Below, piece after piece: positions 1 through 6,701 of a stretch of DNA of 32,000 nucleotides. The DNA comes from Pyrodictium occultum. GTDB taxonomy: Archaea; Thermoproteota; Thermoprotei_A; Sulfolobales; Pyrodictiaceae. The notes under the pieces were generated by a model. The model did no database searches. It had not been told where the DNA came from and saw only the letters and a program-made list of their open reading frames with translations. A program made the translations under genes and the position numbers. The DNA lies in the NCBI RefSeq assembly GCF_001462395.1, contig NZ_LNTB01000001.1, positions 1,410,001 through 1,442,000 of the forward strand. The letters are read 5' to 3'. Numbering within the stretch: position 1 is the first letter of the stretch; each line of letters opens with the position of its first letter.

Positions 1-43
1 GAGAGTCGTAGGCCACGGCATAGAAGAGTTCATAGTAGACGCC

Positions 44-1021
44 GTGTTCATACTAAGGTTCAAGATAGAGCAGGGGAAGCTGCAGCGCATACTAGAGCTG
101 CGGAAAGCCCGGTGGGCGCCAATACATCAGGCAGAGCTGCCCTTCTACATGAGGCCAGGCATCGTGGTTGAGATAAGCCTGCCAGAGGAGCCGGAAGAGG
201 TGCCCCCGGTAGACTACACCAGGACCTGCAACGTGCTCGAAGCCCTCCTAGCCCTAAGCATAGGCGGGGAGAAGCTCATCGAGGTAAGCCTGCCCGGAAC
301 ACGTAGGGATAGGGAGGATGCACGGAAAGTACTATCCAGCATACTCTCTATACCCGGAGGGGCCCAGGTTCTCGTAGGCCTCTCGAGCACAGTTAGCAGC
401 AAGCTAATAGCCTCCCTCCTAGCAGCAGCCCTCACTAGGGAGAGTGGCAGGAGAACGCTAGTGGTGAGCTTCAAGTCGAGCCCACAGTCCATAATGAGCC
501 TTGTACGGTGCCTGGCATGCAGCGACGCGGGGAACGAGCGGGAGGGGGGCGGGGACAGCTGCAGAGTAGATGACCTGTTATACGTGGTATCGCTCAACCC
601 GACCGCCTACACGGTCAACGAGATCAACGACATGATAGACCTGGCTGTGCGGAGGCTCAAGCCAGACATAGCCATAACGGAGGGGCTTGAAATACTCGAG
701 GCGGTGGCCGGCAAGGGGAACGAGAACTCTATAGCATATAACATGTACAATATGGTGCTCCGGTACAAGAGGAGGGGCATTACCGGGCTCTGGCTCCAGT
801 CATTCCCGCTCCGCCAGGCGATGTTGAAGCAGGCGCTCGCCTCCATGTTCGACATGGGGATATATATTGAGGGCAGCCCCTACACGTCGTCCCAGCTAAT
901 GGGTAGAGCCAGCAAGCTCGCACTGGGGCTGAGCCTGGAGGTTTACCACGCTATAGCCCATACGAGCTTCAATATGCTCGTAGACACCTACCGGCTCCTC
1001 CGCTGGAACTGCTTTGGCTAA
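44..1021 (+). CDS. RecA-superfamily KaiC/RadB-like protein with a degenerate Walker A, probably non-catalytic; possibly 5' partial
   Basis: 325-aa ORF. The C-terminal ~220 aa follow the KaiC-like layout (IPGGAQVLVGLSSTVSSKLIA..RTLVVSF; KPDIAITEGLEIL; GITGLWLQS; DMGIYIE). The GxxxxGK[ST] motif is replaced by GLSSTVSS. There is no in-frame stop between nt 2 and the GTG at 44, so the gene may begin left of the window. Confidence 0.5.
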   Translation: MFILRFKIEQGKLQRILELRKARWAPIHQAELPFYMRPGIVVEISLPEEPEEVPPVDYTRTCNVLEALLALSIGGEKLIEVSLPGTRRDREDARKVLSSILSIPGGAQVLVGLSSTVSSKLIASLLAAALTRESGRRTLVVSFKSSPQSIMSLVRCLACSDAGNEREGGGDSCRVDDLLYVVSLNPTAYTVNEINDMIDLAVRRLKPDIAITEGLEILEAVAGKGNENSIAYNMYNMVLRYKRRGITGLWLQSFPLRQAMLKQALASMFDMGIYIEGSPYTSSQLMGRASKLALGLSLEVYHAIAHTSFNMLVDTYRLLRWNCFG

Positions 1022-1032
1022 AGCTAACCTCC

Positions 1033-1054
1033 CCGGCCCCTCATCCGGGGCCGG
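1033..1054 (+). terminator. GC hairpin just after the KaiC-like stop codon
   Basis: CCGGCCCC-tcatcc-GGGGCCGG gives an 8-bp perfect stem 12 nt downstream of the stop at 1019-1021. A role in termination is inferred. Confidence 0.3.
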
Positions 1055-1252
1055 TGGCATGTACCAGGCGCGTCGATACCTAATAGCCTAGCCAATAATT
1101 TATTCTCCTCACTGGCATTGTGTATTACGCTGTATGGGTCCTCCTCCTTACCTGGCCTCCCAGCAGCGCTGCGGTAAACACCTAATTGCTTGCTCACCCC
1201 TAGGGCTATGGGGGGGGGCAGCACGGCCCCGTCCCAGCCCGAGGGGCCTGGA

Positions 1253-1567
1253 ATGGAGGAGAGGGCGGTGCAGCTTATCCGGGAGAGGCTGCGCAGTATC
1301 GCTCTGGGCGCGCTCGCGGTCCTGGACAGCCTCTCCTTCGCCACGTACCGCGTGGACTTCGCTACCCTCCTCCTGAGGGACCCCCAGGCCGCGTACAAGG
1401 TGCTCCTAGCCTACCAGCGGAGCCCCCATAAGGCGCGCCTACTCCTCCGCAGCATCCTGCTCCCCTTCGCCCAGTCGGCCACAGAGGTGCTGGAGGCTAT
1501 AGACGCGCTCGAGAAGGGGGACCCGGAGCCCCTAAAGCAGCTGATAAACCGGCTGAAGAAGGGGTAG
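1253..1567 (+). CDS. small helical hypothetical protein
   Basis: The track ORF is 1190..1567. The TTG at 1190 and ATG at 1208 would add a Gly/Pro-rich N-terminal extension, so the ATG at 1253 (MEERAVQLIRERL...) is preferred. No family recognised. Confidence 0.4.
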   Translation: MEERAVQLIRERLRSIALGALAVLDSLSFATYRVDFATLLLRDPQAAYKVLLAYQRSPHKARLLLRSILLPFAQSATEVLEAIDALEKGDPEPLKQLINRLKKG

Positions 1568-1624
1568 CCCCCCGGGCTGCATTGATGGACGCCCGGGGAG
1601 GGTTAAAACAGTGGGTTGGAGGGG

Positions 1625-2107
1625 CTAGGCGGCTGGCTGCAGCTCCCCTCTCTCCTCCAGCCTCCTTATCGCCTCGGCGAGCTCGTGCAGCAGCTCCGCG
1701 GGGCTCCCGAAGCTCTCCTTCTCAACCTCGTCAAGGATCCTCTCTATGCTAACGCCGTGCCATGCTAGGCCGGCAAGCTTCTCCTTAACCTGCTCCTTGG
1801 TTACCGGGAAGCCTAGCCCGCGTATCCTCTTGAGCACCTCTACAGCCCAGTTGATGCCCCTCCTGGCGGTCACCGGCAGCTCGCCGCGCTCCTCCAGCCT
1901 CCTTATCGCCTCGGCGAGCTCGTGCAGCAGCTCCGCGGGGCTCGCGAAGCTCTCCTTCTCAGCCTCGTCGAGGATCCTTGTGGCGGGTATCCCGTGGTAG
2001 TAGAAGTCCTTGAGCCTCTCGCGGAGCTGCTCCTTGGTTACCGGGAAGCCTAGCCCGCGTATCCTCTTGAGCACCTCTACAGCCCAGTTGATGCCCCGGC
2101 GGGGCAT
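1625..2107 (-). CDS. protein made of two tandem DUF2795-like domains
   Basis: 160-aa ORF with two 79-aa repeats. Each carries LKRIRGLGFPVTKEQ...HG....RILDE.EKESF.SPAELLHELAEAI. This matches my recollection of the DUF2795 signature (G-x-x-FP-x-x-K-x-x-L ... SPA-E/D). ATG start at 2107. Confidence 0.7.
   Translation of the reverse strand: MPRRGINWAVEVLKRIRGLGFPVTKEQLRERLKDFYYHGIPATRILDEAEKESFASPAELLHELAEAIRRLEERGELPVTARRGINWAVEVLKRIRGLGFPVTKEQVKEKLAGLAWHGVSIERILDEVEKESFGSPAELLHELAEAIRRLEERGELQPAA
1639..2107 (-). repeat. intragenic tandem duplication with a 237-bp period
   Basis: ctcctccagcctccttatcgcc occurs at 1652 and 1889. Block 1652-1730 vs 1889-1967 has about 3 mismatches. Block 1791-1860 vs 2028-2097 is identical. 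The central ~60 nt is diverged. Confidence 0.9.
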
Positions 2108-2482
2108 GGGTCTCCACCTCTACTCTTCTACAGTATCCGTGGATTTCCTGCACATTCATTATGTTATTAGGAAGCGCTTCTACTTAAATGCTTCCCCGGA
2201 GGTTCTGGGGGATTCCCTCCCCGTGGCGCTGCAGAGCCTCCAGGGGAGGCCGGCGGGGCCGGTGGATCCACCGGTGCACCGACGCCCCGGGCTTCGCGGC
2301 CGGGGTGCCGGCGGCTGCTGTGGAGCGGTGCTACCCCTCACCGCAGCCGTCCACGGCCTAGGGCGGAAGCCGTGCGGTTTAACCTATTTAATCCGGGAGA
2401 GGCATTCTAAACACGTGACCATGGAGAAAGGGTACAGCCCTACCGCGCCCAGCGGGCGTCGAGGGAGGCCGGGTTCATCCTG

Positions 2483-3778
2483 GTGGTGCTCGTGGCTAGG
2501 CCCCTGGAAGACCTCGTAGTTGTCACGGTCAACCACCGTACCGCGCCCCTCCGCGTAGTGGGGGCCCTGGAGCCCAGGGCGGGGGAGGCGTACGAGCGCC
2601 TCCACGCCCACACGGACGAGATGGTGGTGCTCGCCACCTGTAACCGGTTTGAGGTCTACGCCCTGTACTCGCCCCGGCTCCTCGCCGAGGCGGAGAGCTT
2701 CCTGGGCAGCTACGCCCGCTACGCCAGGGTTCTCCGGGGGCTGGACGCCGCCCGGCACCTCTTCCGGGTGGCCTCCGGGCTCGAGTCGGCCATACTGGGG
2801 GAGGACGAGATCCTCGGCCAGGTGGCCAAGGCCTACGAGGAGGCGAGGAGGCGGGGCCACGCCGGGAAGTACATGTCTCTCCTCTTCCACTACGCGGTGA
2901 AGACCGGGAAGCTGGTTAGGAGCAGGACGCAGATATCCTACGGCAACGTCGGCGCCCCGGGCGCCGCCGTGCACGCCGCGGAGAAGCTCCTGGGGAGCTA
3001 CGATAGGCGCACCGTGCTGGTCGTAGGCGCGGGGGAGGCGGGCTCGATAATAGCGAGCCTGGTGCGGCAGAAGAGCCGGAGCGCCCGCATAATAGTAGCC
3101 AACAGGACGCTCGAGAAGGCCGCGGAGCTCGCGGAGAGAGTGCGGGGAGAGGCCCACGGGCTCGACGAGCTGCCAGGCCTCCTCGAGGGAGCGGACGTTG
3201 TCTTCCTGGCCGTCACCGCGAGAGAGCCGCTGATCACCCGGAGCATGCTCGAGCGTGTCAGGCCCGGCACGCTGATAGTGGACGTCTCGAACCCGCCGGC
3301 GGTAGAGCAGCCCGTGCCCGAGCACCTCGGCTACATAGGGCTGCAGGGCCTCGAAAGGGTTATCGAGAAGACGCTGGAGCGCCGCCGCATGGAGGTGCCG
3401 AAGGCGGGGAGGATGATCGAGGAGCAGCTGGCGCTGTTCCGCAAGGCCTGGATGAGGAGGGCCGCCGACGAGGCCATAACGGTGATGATGGAGTACGCGG
3501 GCCAGGTCGTCGAGGAGGAGCTGCGGGAGCTGCAGGGCAGGCTCCAGGGCCTCGGCGTCGACGGGGCGGCGGCAAGCATCACCAGGGACTTCGCCCAGAG
3601 CCTGGCGAAGAAGCTCCTCCGCCCCCTCATAGTCTATGCCCACCGCGCGGCCGAGAACGGGAGGACAGGGAACCTGGAGGAGCTGGTCGAGATGTTCCGC
3701 CGCGAGATAGAGAAGAAGACCTCGGCGAGGCCGGAGCGCGACAGCCCCGCCAGGGGCAGGCCCAGCTGCCCCCGCTAG
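2483..3778 (+). CDS. hemA: glutamyl-tRNA reductase
   Basis: 431 aa. Motifs: VTVNHRTAPLRVVGAL, catalytic-Cys motif VVLATCNRFEVYA, SGLESAILGEDEILGQV, and NADPH Rossmann motif VLVVGAGEAGS. GTG start. Confidence 0.9.
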   Translation: MVLVARPLEDLVVVTVNHRTAPLRVVGALEPRAGEAYERLHAHTDEMVVLATCNRFEVYALYSPRLLAEAESFLGSYARYARVLRGLDAARHLFRVASGLESAILGEDEILGQVAKAYEEARRRGHAGKYMSLLFHYAVKTGKLVRSRTQISYGNVGAPGAAVHAAEKLLGSYDRRTVLVVGAGEAGSIIASLVRQKSRSARIIVANRTLEKAAELAERVRGEAHGLDELPGLLEGADVVFLAVTAREPLITRSMLERVRPGTLIVDVSNPPAVEQPVPEHLGYIGLQGLERVIEKTLERRRMEVPKAGRMIEEQLALFRKAWMRRAADEAITVMMEYAGQVVEEELRELQGRLQGLGVDGAAASITRDFAQSLAKKLLRPLIVYAHRAAENGRTGNLEELVEMFRREIEKKTSARPERDSPARGRPSCPR

Positions 3779-4356
3779 CGGCCACCGGCCCGGGTGTAGG
3801 CCGCAGCCAGCAGCAGGGCGCCCGCATCCGCGACCAGCACCGCGTAGGTCTCCAGCACCGCTATAGAAGGCCAGCCCGCCAGGGCCTCCACGAGCAGCGC
3901 CGCCGGGGCGGCGAGGAGCCCCAGGAGCGCCAGCGAGGCGCCGAGCCCCCGCAGCCCCCTCCTCGAAAGCGCGGCGCCCAGCACCGTGTAGGAGGCGTAG
4001 AGCTGGAGGAAGAACCAGTAGGAGACAAACCTGTGCGGATAACTCCCCTCGGGGAACAAGCCTATCATTGAGAGGAAGACGCCGGCCTCCGCGAGCAGCG
4101 CCGCGCCGGCGGCCTCGAGCCGCGTAGCCGACGCCCTGTAGACGGCGGCGCCCAGGCAGAGGACGAGCAGCCCGGCCACAGCCAGGCCGAGGTTGAAGAC
4201 CAGGGGGCAGCAGGCCCTGGGGGAGCCTAGGTCGCTGTAGGCGCCGCGGAGCGGGCTAAACCAGGGGTTAAGGCTCCACGCGGCCAGTATCACGGCCCAG
4301 CCGAGGACCACCACCAGGGCCGCCAGCACCGCCACAAGCCTGCCAGCCCTGGCCAA
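3775..4356 (-). CDS. polytopic membrane protein, DUF998-like
   Basis: 193 aa with about 6 hydrophobic helices. The YSDLGS motif after TM1 resembles the DUF998 ISDLG signature. TTG start. Its stop shares the CTAG with the hemA stop. Confidence 0.55.
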   Translation of the reverse strand: MARAGRLVAVLAALVVVLGWAVILAAWSLNPWFSPLRGAYSDLGSPRACCPLVFNLGLAVAGLLVLCLGAAVYRASATRLEAAGAALLAEAGVFLSMIGLFPEGSYPHRFVSYWFFLQLYASYTVLGAALSRRGLRGLGASLALLGLLAAPAALLVEALAGWPSIAVLETYAVLVADAGALLLAAAYTRAGGR

Positions 4357-4579
4357 GAGGAGCCAGCCACCCCCACGCGCGGCCTCGGCGCCAGAGAGCC
4401 CCCGGGGTGCAGCCCCGGGGCCCCGGGCTAAAACCCCGGAGCCACCGGGGCAGGAGAGCGCAGCAGGCCCTTGAAGGGAGGCCCCAGAGCCCTACCACTC
4501 CCCCGCCCCGGGGGCTTCTCCATGGCGTTTGGGTGGGGGCGCGGGCGGCGCGCCGGGTCTTTCGAATCCGGTATGGGTG

Positions 4580-4617
4580 GTTAACTCTACTGGGCGTCAA
4601 GTTAACCGCCAGTTAAC
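4580..4617. promoter_or_regulatory. three phased GTTAAC palindromes, a candidate operator array
   Basis: GTTAAC at 4580-4585, 4601-4606 and 4612-4617, with spacings of 21 and 11 bp. They lie in a 420-bp GC-rich intergenic region upstream of the DUF998-like gene. Confidence 0.35.
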
Positions 4618-4777
4618 TGCACCATCGCCCGAGTACCCGCCCGCCACTTGGCCAGGGCCTCCCAGGCCGCGATGCAGCAGCCTCCCCGCCGCCCCAGAGG
4701 TCCCAGGCCCCGGGGGCGGTAGCGGAGCCCCAGGGCTGCATGACACCCTGCACCAGCGTGGCCCAGGGGCCCGGGGG

Positions 4778-5260
4778 CTATCCGGCCCCCTGGATCTCGG
4801 CCTTCACCGTCACCGGGAGAGGGTGGGGGAGGGGCTCACGCTCCTCGTAGCGCACAACGGCGTCGAACACCAGGGTCTTGGGAGCGGGGCCGCTCTCCCC
4901 AAGGCTCACCACCGCCCGGGGCTTTGCTATGCTTAGGACCGCTACCACCCTGGCGGTATGCGGGTCCACCACGACTATGTCGAACATGTTGAAGTAGGCT
5001 GCGAGCTGCTCGGCGTTAGCGAGCACCAGTGCCACCTTAACCCCGCCACTCCCGCCCGGTATGTGCACCTTCATCCAGCCGTGGAGCGTTAGCTGGCCGC
5101 TCGAGGGGGGCGTGGCGTTGAGCCTCAGGGGGGATATCTCGACGAGGACCCGGGCACCCGGGCTATGGGCGGGCGGTGGCTTCTCGCCCTCCGCCCCTGC
5201 CTTGGCTGTGGTGCTGGCCACGTGGCTCCTCCCCGGGGTGCTGGCAGCCTGCGTCTCCAC
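4778..5260 (-). CDS. beta-rich ectodomain protein; the downstream part of a gene split by an in-frame TAG
   Basis: 160-aa ORF from a GTG. It starts with a low-complexity Ala/Pro/Thr linker and then a beta-strand-rich region. It has no signal sequence of its own and is in frame with ORF 5267..5422. Confidence 0.6.
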   Translation of the reverse strand: METQAASTPGRSHVASTTAKAGAEGEKPPPAHSPGARVLVEISPLRLNATPPSSGQLTLHGWMKVHIPGGSGGVKVALVLANAEQLAAYFNMFDIVVVDPHTARVVAVLSIAKPRAVVSLGESGPAPKTLVFDAVVRYEEREPLPHPLPVTVKAEIQGAG

Positions 5261-5266
5261 GGGCGC

Positions 5267-5422
5267 CTAGTGCACGGCCTCCTGGCTACTGTTACGCGCA
5301 GCGTAGTGGGCGGGCAGCTTGGTGGCAAACATTGCTATCAAGCCGAGCACGGCGATGGAGGCGGCTAGCGTTAGCACAGCCGCCAGTATGGCCTTGTCGC
5401 CTCCCCTGTCGTAGAGGTACAT
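5267..5422 (-). CDS. 51-aa single-pass membrane peptide; probable N-terminal anchor of the 4778..5260 protein
   Basis: Hand translation gives MYLYDRGGDKAILAAVLTLAASIAVLGLIAMFATKLPAHYAARNSSQEAVH-TAG. ATG at 5420-5422. It is below the ORF-track length cutoff. Confidence 0.5.
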   Translation of the reverse strand: MYLYDRGGDKAILAAVLTLAASIAVLGLIAMFATKLPAHYAARNSSQEAVH

Positions 5423-5667
5423 AGCCGGTGGCGTGACCTCACGGCGTATCGGGATAACCTTGCTCAGCCCACACTCGCTCTAAACGAGTGCAACCTGGCC
5501 GGTATTGAACATAATCTAGCTTCAAAGGGGTGCAGCGCTGGTACACCCCTAGTAGTGCAATGCCGCGCCAGCGGCCCCTAAGGGCTACAGAACCCCGCGA
5601 ATAGGTGAATAAAAATAAACCGGTTCCCTAACCTGGTTCACGCAGGCGCTACAGTATAGGCGCCGTC

Positions 5668-5723
5668 ATGAGTATTACGTGTGCCCGGCCGGCCCCGTGG
5701 CCCCGGCCCCCGCTAGCTAGCCC
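5668..5723 (+). repeat. copy A of a duplicated intergenic unit
   Basis: ATGAGTATTACGTGTG...GCTAGCTAGCCC. The GCTAGCTAGCCC block starts 44 nt after the ATG, exactly as in copy B. Confidence 0.8.
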
Positions 5724-5830
5724 GTCCACGCCCCGCCCGGCGGGCTGTTCTCTCCGAATCTTTTAAGCACAGGGTTTAATGTTTGGGGCATGCTTGTATA
5801 TTAGCCTGGGCGTACCTGTTAGGATCCTCG

Positions 5831-5886
5831 ATGAGTGATACGTGTGGGCCCCCGGCGCCGTGGGGCGCCTGCATGCTAGCTAGCCC
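5831..5886 (+). repeat. copy B of a duplicated intergenic unit
   Basis: ATGAGTGATACGTGTG...GCTAGCTAGCCC. By hand alignment 40 of 56 nt are identical to copy A. The ends are conserved (14/16 and 12/12) and the centre varies. A TATA-like TGTATATTAG lies about 30 nt upstream. Confidence 0.8.
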
Positions 5887-6206
5887 CTGTGCGCCCGTCT
5901 CCGCGTCAAGGCTCCGGGGAACCTATACTGCCGCGTGCAGACATGTTTTGTTGTTTGCCCGTCTGTTAATAGGTTGGCTTGTGCCCTGGGTGTTACCCTC
6001 CGTGGGGTGTGCGCCGGGCCTTCGGGTGTGCGGGCAAGCCCGTATACCCTGGGGCCTGTGTAAGCCTCTCGCCTAACCTGTCAGCCGGTGGCTGGAGGGG
6101 CTGTGGGCGGCCGTGGGTGGGTGTACCGGTTGATGCACGCGTGCACTGCTCTGCCGGGAGCGTGGTGGGTGGCTAGGCGTATAGCTGGCCTCCCGGGGCT
6201 ATATGC

Positions 6207-6701
6207 GTGGTGGCCTCTGGGTTGCCCGGGCGTGTCGTCCTGCCGGATTCTATCCTACGTGCTCTGGAGAGGGAGGCTGAGAGGAGGGAGAGTACCCCAG
6301 AGGCTGTGATTGTAGGGATGCTCCTGCGGCTTGTGGAGCCGGGGGAGAGGCCTGGGGCTCTGCTGGATGCTGCCCGTACGAGCCTGGAGCATGCCAGGGA
6401 GCTGGCTGGGGAGGGTAGGCTTGGGGATGCTTTCCGCCGTGTCTGGGCCTCTGTGCTCATGGCGCTTGATGCTCTCTCGCTCCTCCGTGGGGGCGAGAGG
6501 CCTGGGGGGCTTGCGGAGTACTGGCGCCTTGTCTCGGAGGCTATGGGGGAGCTGGGCGCGGCTGCTGACGCCTGGTATGCGGGGCTGGCCGCGTATATAG
6601 CGTGGAAGGAGGGTATCGGCGATGAGAGGCACCTGGAGGCCATGGCTGGGAGGGCTGGGAGGCTGGTGGAGGAGCTGGAGGCGCGGCTGGGGAGGGGCTA
6701 G
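6207..6701 (+). CDS. RHH-like N-terminus fused to a PaREP1-family (HEPN-related) domain
   Basis: 164 aa. RVVLPDSILRALEREAERRESTPEAVIVGML looks like a ribbon-helix-helix. The rest (LEHARELAGEGRLGDAFRRVWASVLMALDALSL...AEYWRLV...AWYAGLAAYIAWKEG...VEELEARL) fits my recollection of the PaREP1 pattern. The true start may be the TTG at 6222. Confidence 0.55.
   Translation: MVASGLPGRVVLPDSILRALEREAERRESTPEAVIVGMLLRLVEPGERPGALLDAARTSLEHARELAGEGRLGDAFRRVWASVLMALDALSLLRGGERPGGLAEYWRLVSEAMGELGAAADAWYAGLAAYIAWKEGIGDERHLEAMAGRAGRLVEELEARLGRG

Noticed and set aside
2384-3643. 419-aa minus-strand ORF antisense to hemA. Similar long ORFs occur at 8444..9301, 9160..9834, 10056..10628, 11743..12429, 15522..16406, 16474..17667, 17761..18816 and 6255..6836.
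   Set aside because: They are Arg/Pro/Gly/His-rich low-complexity translations lying opposite genes with clear family motifs. These are typical stop-poor shadow frames in GC-rich DNA.
4423-4439. Anticodon-arm-like hairpin CCGGG-ctaaaac-CCCGG, which would be a UUU anticodon on the minus strand.
   Set aside because: No T-arm (GTTCRANTC), D-arm or acceptor pairing could be found around it. It is a GC-rich chance stem.
5267-5269. Pyrrolysine or programmed recoding at the in-frame TAG, and programmed frameshifting at the C runs.
   Set aside because: There is no pyl gene context, and pyrrolysine is not expected in this lineage. No slippery heptamer with a downstream structure was seen. Mutation or base-call error is the simpler explanation. 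The sites are kept as findings for verification only.
5783-6309. Plus-strand ORFs of 97, 65 and 73 aa in the long intergenic tract.
   Set aside because: Their Cys/Trp/Gly/Val-rich composition simply reflects the G+T skew, and they have no recognisable fold or motif. Only the first ~20 codons of the 5831 unit are kept as an open question.
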